NCBI GenBank assembly: GCA_965203805.1
Contig: OZ241917.1
Location: forward strand, 2,944,001 to 3,008,000
Reading direction: 5' to 3'
Source: Candidatus Latescibacterota bacterium
GTDB lineage: Bacteria > Latescibacterota > UBA2968 > GCA-2709665
Length of the DNA stretch: 64,000 bases
The notes under the pieces are model-generated. The model made no database searches. It was not told where the DNA came from and saw only the letters and a list, made by a program, of their open reading frames with translations. Below, one piece after another: positions 48,903 through 58,184 of the stretch; position 1 is the first letter of the stretch, and each line of letters begins with the position of its first letter. The translations under genes and the position numbers were made by a program.

Positions 48903-50615
48903 ATGAAAATCGGTATTCTGACCCATCCGCCGGATCTCTCGGACTACGTCGCCGAGATCTTCACAACCTGGGGGCTGGCAGCTATTGAACGTATTCATGT
49001 GGACCGCCTGGAGGGACTGCGCCCGGCGTCCACCCCCGTACTGGTCTGTCCGGCTGCCGAAAGGGATGACCGGACGGACGGATTTCTGATCGACTTTGCG
49101 CGGCGTGGCGGCACCGTCGTGACGTTTCTTCCCGGAAACATGCTGGCCGACGCCGCGGGGCTGGTCCGCGAGAGCGCCAAATCGGCGCCGCTGCGCCTTC
49201 GTCCGGCACGCTATCCGGCGGCGGGGGTTTCAGGGGAGGACTTCCCGGTTGTGGGAGACGCCGCGCACTACGCGGTACGCTCCGAAGCCGCAGCGGGCAT
49301 CGCTTATCTGTACACCCCCGGCGCGTTCGAGGGTGAATCTATCGGGATAATCGAAACCCCTGTTGACGAAGGGCGCATCCTGGCCTTTGCCTTCGACCTG
49401 CCAGCGTGCGTATTCACCCTGCGGCAGGGTGATCCGGATCAGGTCGAGAGGGCCGTGGGCGGCAACGTGCGGGCCGACGCCATAGGCATCGACCTGGGTC
49501 CGGCCGATAGCGGCCTGATGCCATTTGCCGATCTGCTGGCGCGGTGGCTGGTGGAACTGGTCTGCCGGTTCGTTCCCGCGCCCGTCCCCCTGCTCTGGCA
49601 CCTGCCTGGCGAGGCCGACGCCCTCGTGCTTTATTCAGGAGACGAAGACGGCGCGGAGATTTCCGCGACAGAGCAGGAATTCCGTGAAGTATCGGCGGCC
49701 GGCGCGCGCATGAGTCTCTACATCATTCCGATCGGGACGGATTCGACGGCCGAGGACGTTCAGAGGTATCGTCAGAACCACGACGTAGGTCCGCATCCGA
49801 ATCTCCGGGCGATGGACCGGCGGTCGATCGAGGATCGCGTCGCGGAATTCGAACGGCAGATCCGGCTGTTCGAGGAGATGTACGGGTTCAGGCCCACGAG
49901 CGTCCGCAACCACTGCCTTTCCTGGGCGGGTTACATGGAACTGGTGGAGGCACAGGCACGCCTTGGCATCCGGATGGATGCGAACTACCTGTGCTCTGCC
50001 TATATGCGGGACCGCTGCAGCAGCCCGTACCACTTGAGAGGGGCGGCGATGCCAATGCGTTTCTGTCATCCCGACGGGCGCCTGATTAACGTACTCCAGC
50101 AGCATACCCATCTGTCCGACGACGTCTGGTTCCAGGAAGACGCGCCAAAGTCCTTCCACTATTCGCCGGAGATGTATGGCGCCCTGGTGGACCGCATCCT
50201 CGACGACAGCGCCACCCGCTTCCACGTGCCTTACGGCGTGATTCTGCACCCGGGCAACTGGGTGCGGTATTCCAGGCCGCATGGTCTGGTTCTGCTCGAA
50301 AAAGCAGCGGAACGCAATATTCCCGTGTGGTCCTACGACCAGTGGTGCGATTTTTGGCTTCTGCGGGACCAGTGGCGTCTGGCGAGCCATTATTGGCAGG
50401 ACCATACGCTGAAATTCGCGGTCGAGGGGCCGCCCGACGATGGAAGTCTTCGCTGGATGATTCCCTCTGAATACGGTGGCCGGAAGCTCGTGGAAGTTCG
50501 GGTGGACGGTCAACCGACGCCGTTCGAGATCGTGACCCGATATCGCCAGGACTTCGCACAGGTGGCTATGGGCGCCGGCATAGACAGTTGCGATATCACG
50601 GCCGTTTACGGATGA
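48903..50615 (+). CDS. Polysaccharide deacetylase-like protein
   Basis: SGDED, GPHP, RNHCL, ILHP (NodB-like barrel motifs). Confidence 0.65.
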   Translation: MKIGILTHPPDLSDYVAEIFTTWGLAAIERIHVDRLEGLRPASTPVLVCPAAERDDRTDGFLIDFARRGGTVVTFLPGNMLADAAGLVRESAKSAPLRLRPARYPAAGVSGEDFPVVGDAAHYAVRSEAAAGIAYLYTPGAFEGESIGIIETPVDEGRILAFAFDLPACVFTLRQGDPDQVERAVGGNVRADAIGIDLGPADSGLMPFADLLARWLVELVCRFVPAPVPLLWHLPGEADALVLYSGDEDGAEISATEQEFREVSAAGARMSLYIIPIGTDSTAEDVQRYRQNHDVGPHPNLRAMDRRSIEDRVAEFERQIRLFEEMYGFRPTSVRNHCLSWAGYMELVEAQARLGIRMDANYLCSAYMRDRCSSPYHLRGAAMPMRFCHPDGRLINVLQQHTHLSDDVWFQEDAPKSFHYSPEMYGALVDRILDDSATRFHVPYGVILHPGNWVRYSRPHGLVLLEKAAERNIPVWSYDQWCDFWLLRDQWRLASHYWQDHTLKFAVEGPPDDGSLRWMIPSEYGGRKLVEVRVDGQPTPFEIVTRYRQDFAQVAMGAGIDSCDITAVYG

Positions 50616-50692
50616 CGGAGGCCACGTCGCCGCGTCGGGTCCGCCACGAGACGGGTTGACGACGAAAACCGCCGGGGCAAGGAGGTCGTGCA

Positions 50693-51334
50693 ATGCAAAA
50701 GCTGGTCTTCCTGGGCATTGGATCCAACAATTCGGACATTCTGGACGCCGTTCAGGAAATCAATGCCTTGAAGCCGACCTATGACGTGCTGGGATATGTG
50801 ACGCGGAACGGCAAACCCCTGAACAAGGGCGGACTGAAGCACCTGGGCGACTTCGACATGGTCCGTACCCTGCCGGAGGACGTGCAAATCACCGGCTTTA
50901 CCTTCGGTCCCGGGAGCTATCATGCCTGGCCGGGCACGGTGGCGGGGCTGGGCCTCCTGCGGGACCGGTTCGCCACCATTGTCCATCCCCACGCGTTCAT
51001 TTCGCCGCAAAGTACGGTGGGCAAGGGGTCGGTTGTCCTGGCGGGAACGACGGTGGGCGCCTTCGTAACCATCGGCGACCACGTGATCATCCTGCAGAAC
51101 GTGGGACTGTCCCACGACGACGTGATCGAAGATTATTCCTGCCTGGCGGTAGGGGTGAGCTTTTCGGGAAGCGTGCGGGTGGGACGGAACTGTTTCCTGG
51201 GAACGAACTCGACGATCATCGGCGCAACGATCGGCGAGGGAAGCATGGTGGGCGCCGGCGCCCTGATCCGGCACGACGTGCCGGCGGGCGAGGTCTGGGT
51301 GGGCAATCCGGGGAGGTTCTTGAGGAAGGTGTGA
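50693..51334 (+). CDS. NeuD/PglD-family sugar acetyltransferase
   Basis: ATIVHP, hexapeptide repeats, SHD, WVGNPGR. Confidence 0.9.
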   Translation: MQKLVFLGIGSNNSDILDAVQEINALKPTYDVLGYVTRNGKPLNKGGLKHLGDFDMVRTLPEDVQITGFTFGPGSYHAWPGTVAGLGLLRDRFATIVHPHAFISPQSTVGKGSVVLAGTTVGAFVTIGDHVIILQNVGLSHDDVIEDYSCLAVGVSFSGSVRVGRNCFLGTNSTIIGATIGEGSMVGAGALIRHDVPAGEVWVGNPGRFLRKV

Positions 51335-51368
51335 TCGTGAATTGCAAGCGACGTTGAATTCGGCCTGG

Positions 51369-52127
51369 CTATATCTCCGTTAGCTCAGGCCATTTGATTT
51401 TTTTCTCGATAGATGGATCGTGAAGTATCATCCCTCCTTGAGCCGCAATCTGTTCAAGGGTGAGTTCTGTCAAAATCGGCGCAACGTGCTGTATCAGGTC
51501 GCTGTGTGTGAATTCGAAATTACACTTTGTTTGTCGATCTATCGAGATCCTTGAGGAGGCCCAGTTCTCTTCGTGTATCTCCCGGAGTCTTTCGGCGGTT
51601 TCCGTCGCCAGACTGAATCTTTCCTGGTCATCACACATCTCGCGCTCAATGACAATCCAGGGGGTTTCAGTTCGCCATCGAGGTGGTTCTCGCGACTCGA
51701 ATAATCCAATCGCACGTTCAGCGAGGGCCTTATACTCTCGCACCTCCTGTCCCCGTAAGCCGTAAGAGATTCCGAATTTGACGACAATATCGTGCACGGA
51801 ATCTGTAAAGGGCACCTGCGTTCCTTTAAAGTGACGATCAACATCCTGTTCCTTTTGGTGAAGGAACTCGCGAATGCGCACTTTGTCGAGACCTTCCCTG
51901 CCAACGATATCGACATAGCTCAGGACAGCGTTGTTTCCCGGAACTATATCCACAGATTCGGCGATGAGTTTTCCTGGATTTTCGTTGGCGATCTGTTCGA
52001 TAATACCCTTGTCTTTGCCAATTTCTTCGGGGATCTCATGTGCGTCGTGCTGGTACAGGAATGTATTGATACCGACATTGGCCCTTTTTCCTGTTATTCT
52101 GCGAACCCGGTGAGCAGAGAGATACAT
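51369..52127 (-). CDS. Hypothetical protein
   Basis: 252-aa ORF; ATG overlaps the upstream TGA; GGAGG RBS. Confidence 0.7.
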   Translation of the reverse strand: MYLSAHRVRRITGKRANVGINTFLYQHDAHEIPEEIGKDKGIIEQIANENPGKLIAESVDIVPGNNAVLSYVDIVGREGLDKVRIREFLHQKEQDVDRHFKGTQVPFTDSVHDIVVKFGISYGLRGQEVREYKALAERAIGLFESREPPRWRTETPWIVIEREMCDDQERFSLATETAERLREIHEENWASSRISIDRQTKCNFEFTHSDLIQHVAPILTELTLEQIAAQGGMILHDPSIEKKIKWPELTEI

Positions 52128-52414
52128 CAGGCCACCTCCCTTAACGCAATAACTGACTCGCTGGAATCAGGAATTCTCTGAATTTTTCCGTCAACCCAAC
52201 CGCTATTCGAAGTCTTTTCACTGCTGTCGCGAATCAGTGACTGCGTACCTTCGCTGTACAGTAATTTCTGTTCCACTTCGCTCAGTTCGTACCAGACCTT
52301 CTCCATAGCATCCAGAATGGTTTCTTCTTCTTCCGATTCGAACCCTGCATGCTGCCATCGGATATAAACCAGGTCCCCTTCCAAATGACGATATCGCTTG
52401 AAGGCTTCACTCAT
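52127..52414 (-). CDS. Small acidic hypothetical protein (possible antitoxin/immunity protein)
   Basis: 95 aa; ESEEEETILDAMEKVWYELS; overlaps both neighbours. Confidence 0.65.
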   Translation of the reverse strand: MSEAFKRYRHLEGDLVYIRWQHAGFESEEEETILDAMEKVWYELSEVEQKLLYSEGTQSLIRDSSEKTSNSGWVDGKIQRIPDSSESVIALREVA

Positions 52415-52805
52415 GACTCTTCGTCCAATCTTCCCTTGTCCCATGTAGCTTTCGCTCATAATCCCGGAACAAGCAGCACTTCGATGGTTCAACTAACCCG
52501 TGAGTTGGTCGGTCTCTACGTAGAACCAAAGAAGAAGGCAAATCATCCACGCAAAAGGAAAAAACAGGATCCCGCCCTTCCCCGCCAAGGGATTTGGGCA
52601 GCCTTGACTTCGGTAGTTGCCCAACTGTATCCGGGGTTACGGACATCCCTCCAGTCATTGGCCGTACTTTGCAATTGTCAATCTTGATGTCGGCGAACTG
52701 TCCGCTGGTGCGAACCCCCAGTGTTCTTCCTGAACGTCCTGCGAGAGGCCTGCCATCTGCATCCTCTTTCATTGCTCGGAAGACAACCCGAGGGTTTTTC
52801 TGCAT
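52407..52805 (-). CDS. Tse2-like ADP-ribosyltransferase-fold protein
   Basis: FRAM (Arg), GGMSVTP (Ser), HGLVEP pattern; recognised by eye. Confidence 0.55.
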   Translation of the reverse strand: MQKNPRVVFRAMKEDADGRPLAGRSGRTLGVRTSGQFADIKIDNCKVRPMTGGMSVTPDTVGQLPKSRLPKSLGGEGRDPVFSFCVDDLPSSLVLRRDRPTHGLVEPSKCCLFRDYERKLHGTREDWTKSHE

Positions 52806-52968
52806 TCAGCAAGTCCTATTCGCCGGCATCTTTAATCAACTTCAGATGGGGATGGTAAGTGCGAAAAAATACCGATATTTCACAATTTGGTCAAGCAACA
52901 CGTATCGTTTTCATTCAAACGCAAATTTCACGAACTCCGACGGGACCAACGGTGTGTTGTTTTTCGTT

Positions 52969-53616
52969 TCAAAGTGTCAACCCGATCACAATATTGAAAT
53001 TCGCCGTTAATTCTCCAATTTCCGATCCGGGCAGCGGCTTGAAGGGCACCGCCAGCAGATCGTGTGACGCCCGGCCGGATCTCCGGAATATGGAGTCCCT
53101 CTCGTTGTCCGGGTTGCCCTTGACGTACATCTGCGTGGTCAGGACCCGGCGTCCGTTCCTGTTAATCGCAAAGTGGATATGGGCCGCCCGTGCTCCCGAA
53201 TATCTGACGGGCTTGATCGTCCGAAAGCGGTATTCCCCCAGGGCGCCCGTCTCGAATCGGCCGAAGCCCTGAAAGTTCCGGTCCCGCCTGTTTCTCCCGC
53301 GGGCTTCGGTATGTAAGTAGACGCCGTTGCTGTCCACCTGCCAGATTTCTACAATTGCTTTCTTAACCGGATTGCCGTTAACGTCGGTGACGCGCCCGGT
53401 CAAATGGGTAATTTCTCCCACGGCCGGCGTCATCGCGTCGTTGATGATCAATAGATCGTTATCCACGTCCAGCGGCAATCTGTCCGGATAGAAGGGGCCC
53501 TCGGTCTGCCAGGGGGTTCGCACGAGTTGTTCGGCAAAAGCCCCGGGCGTCACGATCGCCGCCGCTCCCAATGCGCCCGTATGCCATAGAAAACGCCTGC
53601 GATCAATCGACATCAC
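52969..53616 (-). CDS. Tat-exported intradiol ring-cleavage dioxygenase-like protein
   Basis: RRRFL Tat motif; EGPFYP, EIWQ...G.Y, P.RY..R..HIH. Confidence 0.88.
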   Translation of the reverse strand: MMSIDRRRFLWHTGALGAAAIVTPGAFAEQLVRTPWQTEGPFYPDRLPLDVDNDLLIINDAMTPAVGEITHLTGRVTDVNGNPVKKAIVEIWQVDSNGVYLHTEARGRNRRDRNFQGFGRFETGALGEYRFRTIKPVRYSGARAAHIHFAINRNGRRVLTTQMYVKGNPDNERDSIFRRSGRASHDLLAVPFKPLPGSEIGELTANFNIVIGLTL

Positions 53617-53669
53617 AGCCTCCCTACGGGATGATTCACATTCAATCGCTGCCCCTTAGACACCACGTC

Positions 53670-54920
53670 CTAGTGATTATAGACCAGGTGCAATTCGACA
53701 AAACTGTCTCTCCGGCTGGCGTAGGACAGGTCGCTCGCGTCGACGTCCAGAAGGGCGATCGCCTCCAAATGCAGGGAGAACCTGCCTGAAATCCGCCGGT
53801 TGAATTCGAACGTGAACACTCGCGTGGTCGTGTCGATATCGTTCATTACGCTGCCTAGCACTTCGGTGCTCTGGATGTCGTTGAATGCGAGGCGGGCGGC
53901 AATGAAGAGGTCGTTCTGAAAGATGTTCGTCGCATTCCGGCCGCGTCCGTCGTAATTCCATTCCCCGATCAGGCTCAGATCGGCCGCTGAGCCGATGAAG
54001 GAATAGAACGTATACTCGCCGCCCATCGTAGCCGCAACGTACTCCGCCTCCACGCCGCGGCGATCCCGGGCGCCGGCGCGGCCGAGCGCTTCGATCTTGA
54101 ACAGCCAGGAACCGGCGGTCAGCTGGGCATCCAGTCCGACCTGCCGGATCCGGTCGTATTCCGGTAACAGGACCGGCAGGCCGTTTCGGTCAATGTCCGG
54201 CAACAGCAGAGGGTCCCGGCTGTTGCCGTCGAATACGCTGATCCCCACGTCCATATTTCCCGCACTGCGACTGTAACGCGCGGCAACGTCCGGATGCCAC
54301 CGCCCGGCGTCACTCTCGTACGAAACCCGTTCATTGTCCACGATGAACGGGAAACGCAACCGGCCGGAACGCCCCGGAAAGGTGCGGGCGCGGTGTCCGG
54401 TCAATCCGAACAGTTCCACCGCGCCCCAGTCGCCTGACAACGTAAGATGGGCCATGGGCTGACCCAGCGTGGGCTCCTTGTACGGGTGCTCCACAAGGTC
54501 GACCTGGTTGATGATATTCACCAGCCGGCGGGATTCGGTCACGCCCCAGAATACGCGGTCGACGCCCAGGCGCATTTCCCATTCCTGATTCCCGAGCTCG
54601 CCGAAGAGCAGGAAATAGGCTTCGCGCAGATCCACGTGGGTGCGCCGATTATCCCCGGCGTCGAAGCGGAAGAACGGCGCCAGAGTGAAACTTCTGCCCC
54701 GGACGTCTTCAACGTAGATCTTCGGTTCGGCGACAACGCCGCTGCCGTGCGCGCGCTGGCCAGTGTAGGCGCCAGACTCTGGAAACCAGCGGCTTTCGAC
54801 GCTAAGGCGCCCGGACAACTCCCGAGTTTCGATCTGGGCACCGGAATTGCCGGAGAAAACCGGAGCAAGAATCCAGGCGGCAACGAGCGGCACGCAACGG
54901 AATACGATTCGGTTAGGCAT
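53670..54920 (-). CDS. Outer-membrane beta-barrel hypothetical protein
   Basis: Signal peptide; DLREAY, RLG..RVFWG; amphipathic strands. Confidence 0.75.
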   Translation of the reverse strand: MPNRIVFRCVPLVAAWILAPVFSGNSGAQIETRELSGRLSVESRWFPESGAYTGQRAHGSGVVAEPKIYVEDVRGRSFTLAPFFRFDAGDNRRTHVDLREAYFLLFGELGNQEWEMRLGVDRVFWGVTESRRLVNIINQVDLVEHPYKEPTLGQPMAHLTLSGDWGAVELFGLTGHRARTFPGRSGRLRFPFIVDNERVSYESDAGRWHPDVAARYSRSAGNMDVGISVFDGNSRDPLLLPDIDRNGLPVLLPEYDRIRQVGLDAQLTAGSWLFKIEALGRAGARDRRGVEAEYVAATMGGEYTFYSFIGSAADLSLIGEWNYDGRGRNATNIFQNDLFIAARLAFNDIQSTEVLGSVMNDIDTTTRVFTFEFNRRISGRFSLHLEAIALLDVDASDLSYASRRDSFVELHLVYNH

Positions 54921-55735
54921 CAGCGAACCCGCTTCAGCCCGGTTTTCGTGAAATCCCTGTCCTGGAGATCGGTACCGAACTGATAGTCCGTCCAGGTCAG
55001 AACCGTACTCTTTCCGGTCAGGTGATTGACCATGGTCATCACGCCCGCGCGCCAGTAACGATCCAGGTATTGCCGGTAGTTCTCCAGCGTGAGCGTTTTC
55101 AGATGCGCGTTCTTCCTGTCATAGTACTCCACTTTCCAGGCTCGAAGTTCGCCTTTGTCGCGCCAGACAACTTGACGGCTGTAGCCCGACTTCCTGTCTG
55201 TTGGCATACGTTCCGTTACCGTGCAGGTCAGATCGCCGCAGGGTTCGTCACGCAGGTAGCGGTAAGTGAATTTCTCCACGGCCTGGGCGGTCATATCTTC
55301 ATAGGCGAACTCACTGCCCATGAAGGAACCGGACCGGTTCGACGAACTGATTCGCTTGACGCGTTTCAGAGCGGGCAGGTAGAGCCACTGATCGTCCGCG
55401 CTCGCCCGGTGTGCGTGAACGAGCAGAGCCGTTCCCTTGACGTCGCGCGGCTCGTCGAATACAAACAGGCTCTTGTCGCCGTCTTCCTGTACCTCCAGCA
55501 CCTTTACGCGGAGTTGCCGCCGGCTCTCCTGTCCGTGCCTGTTACGAAGCACCATGACCTGCTGCGCTGTAAAGTTGCCGAATCCTTCCTCCCGGGCGCT
55601 GGCCTTCCTGGCGATATTCAGGCCGATTGCATCGGACTCGATGTTCTGCGAGTGAACCGGTACCGTCCCCCCGATGCCTGCCGCGACAATCAGCCATGGC
55701 GTCGAAAACGCGAGCACTTTGCGTGGATAACTCAT
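54920..55735 (-). CDS. Outer-membrane lipoprotein-sorting (LolA-like) protein
   Basis: PRDVKGTALL, DDQWLYLPALKRVKRI, FMGSEFAYED. Confidence 0.9.
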   Translation of the reverse strand: MSYPRKVLAFSTPWLIVAAGIGGTVPVHSQNIESDAIGLNIARKASAREEGFGNFTAQQVMVLRNRHGQESRRQLRVKVLEVQEDGDKSLFVFDEPRDVKGTALLVHAHRASADDQWLYLPALKRVKRISSSNRSGSFMGSEFAYEDMTAQAVEKFTYRYLRDEPCGDLTCTVTERMPTDRKSGYSRQVVWRDKGELRAWKVEYYDRKNAHLKTLTLENYRQYLDRYWRAGVMTMVNHLTGKSTVLTWTDYQFGTDLQDRDFTKTGLKRVR

Positions 55736-58035
55736 GATTTCCTCCGGTCAATGGCAATCAACAGGGTTGGCAGAAGCAGGAAATCGGCGACCAGCGCGAA
55801 TATGATCGTGATCGTGACCAGAAGGCCGAGCGCCCAACTCACCTGGAACCCCGACGTTGCGAATACCAGAAAGCCCGCCGACAATACCGCGGTTGTCGTC
55901 CACAGTGCATATCCTACCGTGCGGAACGAGTACCGAACGGCTTCGGGCACGGAGCGACCCTCGCGCCGGGCTTTCAGATACTTGCTCAGAAAATGAATCG
56001 TGTCGTCCACGACGATTCCGAAAACGACGGCGATGACCACCGACGAGGCAATGCCCACGTTTCCTACGAGATAACCCCACAGCCCAAAACTCATGATCGC
56101 GGGGATGAAGTTCGGGAGAAGACTCAGGAGGCCGATCCGTACGCTCCTGAAGATCCAGATCAGAATAAACGAAATAAGGGCCATGGCCAGGATCGTGCCT
56201 CGCAACATGCTCTTGATGTTTCGCAGTGACAGGTGGGCAAACACAATGCTGAGGCCTGTCGCCTCCTGTGCAAACGCGGGCGCGTTTGCGTGAAGCCAGG
56301 CCTGTGCTCGCTCATCGAGTTCACGCAGGTCGCGAGACCACGCGTTCCTGGTGGTGACGACCACTCGAGTAGAAGACTTTGCGACGTCGATGCGGTCATT
56401 GAGATCGCTGCCGAACGGGAGCGACAACTCGTACAGCAACAGATACTGCGCGGCGAGCTCAGGGTCTTCCGGCAGACGAAGAAAAGCCGGGTCGTCGCCG
56501 TGCATGTTCATGTTCAGACGTTTCATGACGTCCGAAAACACCTGGACGTGCGTCACTTCGGGCTGCTCCCGGTACCACCCGGCGAAAGCATCGATCTTGC
56601 GCAGATATTCGGGTTGGGTGATGCCGCCTTCCCTCCCCGAGTTCATTGAGTATTCCAGCTTGTCCAGTCCGGTCAGATTCTCGATGATGTAGTCCGTATC
56701 GCGCCGGAAGTCGTAACGGTCGTCGAAATATTGAGCCATATTGTCGCTCAGTTCGATGCGGGAGATGCCCATTGACAGGCAGGCCACCGCCGGAATGAGG
56801 ACCGCCAGCAGGAATTTGCGCCGGGCGATGACGATCCCCGCAAAACGGCCGAGCAGGTCCCTGTCTTGTGTCCTCCGGGCCGACACTCGCAGCGGCAACA
56901 GGGACAGAAGCGCCGGGAGAAGCGTGACGGAATAGACAAGTGCGCAAAGGACGCCGAACGCGACGAAGTTTCCCAGGATATGGAAGGGCGGCGAATCCGA
57001 GGCGTTCAGGCTGAGAAATCCGATCGCGGTCGTAACCGAGGTGATGAATACCGGATAGATATTGATCCGGAATGATTCGGCAATCGCCTCGTTCCTGGCA
57101 AGTCCTCGCCTCATTCCCAACAGAACGCTCGTGACAATGTGGATGGCGTCGGCCATGGCGATCACCATGACGATAATCGGTATCCCGGCGTTCGTGGGGC
57201 TGAACACCACACGGCTCCATCCGGCAAGCCCCATGGTGGTATTGATGACAAACACGATCACGGCCACGATCGCAAGTGTCCCGAAGACCGAGCGCAGAAG
57301 GACAATTGTCGCGACGATGACAATCACGAACACAATCGGCGTGAGGGTCCGCATGTCGTCCTGCGTGGCGTCGGAAAAAGTCCTGTTCATGACCACGTCG
57401 CCCGTGAGGTGGTAGGCGAACTGCGGATGCCGGGCCCGGGCCTGGTTCAGAAGCGAAACCAGATAGTCGGTAATTTCAACGACGGCCTGGTCCGGATTCT
57501 CCGGAAGAACGAAGTTTATGGCGACACCTGCCGTACGTCCGTCACGGGAAACCAGGCGTCCGGCGATTTCGACGGCGTCCAGCGCGGTCTTTTCGATTCG
57601 CGCCAGGTCGGCGTCACTCAACCCCTGCGCATCCTCCACAAGCGGCGCGACGACAAGATCATCCTCGAACGCCTCGCTGTGGGTATAGTTGGTGAGGGAG
57701 TTGACGCGGCTGGAGTACGGGGCGCGCCACACGGAATCGGTCATATCCACAACCGCGCCGAGACCTTCGCGCGTGAACACGGAGCCCTCTTCGGGGGTAA
57801 TGGCAATCAATGCCGCGTTGGAGGTGGAGTACGTGTTCTCTAACTCATCGAAAGCGAGAAGCTGCGGATTGTCTTCGCTGAAAAGTACGCGGTAGTCGTT
57901 TGTCACCGTGATAAATCGAACGCCGGCGGTCATGGCCGCCATCAGGAGCGTCGCCGCCACAAGCACAATCCACCGATAGCGTAGCACGGCATCTATGTAA
58001 CGATCCCGGAGCATAAGAATCATCGCCGCTCCCAT
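55732..58035 (-). CDS. MMPL/RND-family transporter
   Basis: Two TM bundles; IAMADAIH, TSVTTAIGF, GIVVDDTIHF; start uncertain. Confidence 0.92.
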   Translation of the reverse strand: MGAAMILMLRDRYIDAVLRYRWIVLVAATLLMAAMTAGVRFITVTNDYRVLFSEDNPQLLAFDELENTYSTSNAALIAITPEEGSVFTREGLGAVVDMTDSVWRAPYSSRVNSLTNYTHSEAFEDDLVVAPLVEDAQGLSDADLARIEKTALDAVEIAGRLVSRDGRTAGVAINFVLPENPDQAVVEITDYLVSLLNQARARHPQFAYHLTGDVVMNRTFSDATQDDMRTLTPIVFVIVIVATIVLLRSVFGTLAIVAVIVFVINTTMGLAGWSRVVFSPTNAGIPIIVMVIAMADAIHIVTSVLLGMRRGLARNEAIAESFRINIYPVFITSVTTAIGFLSLNASDSPPFHILGNFVAFGVLCALVYSVTLLPALLSLLPLRVSARRTQDRDLLGRFAGIVIARRKFLLAVLIPAVACLSMGISRIELSDNMAQYFDDRYDFRRDTDYIIENLTGLDKLEYSMNSGREGGITQPEYLRKIDAFAGWYREQPEVTHVQVFSDVMKRLNMNMHGDDPAFLRLPEDPELAAQYLLLYELSLPFGSDLNDRIDVAKSSTRVVVTTRNAWSRDLRELDERAQAWLHANAPAFAQEATGLSIVFAHLSLRNIKSMLRGTILAMALISFILIWIFRSVRIGLLSLLPNFIPAIMSFGLWGYLVGNVGIASSVVIAVVFGIVVDDTIHFLSKYLKARREGRSVPEAVRYSFRTVGYALWTTTAVLSAGFLVFATSGFQVSWALGLLVTITIIFALVADFLLLPTLLIAIDRRKS

Positions 58036-58184
58036 ACCCGTCCCGAAGCGGCGATGACCTCACTGTCATTTGCGGACGACAGCGTCAACACCGGCAGATT
58101 CAGAGGCGTTCGTTCCATTCAGTCCATCACTCTCCTGCTATCGACCCGCCGTCGGAGGGTTGTCATCCCCGGCGCCGGCATCCA

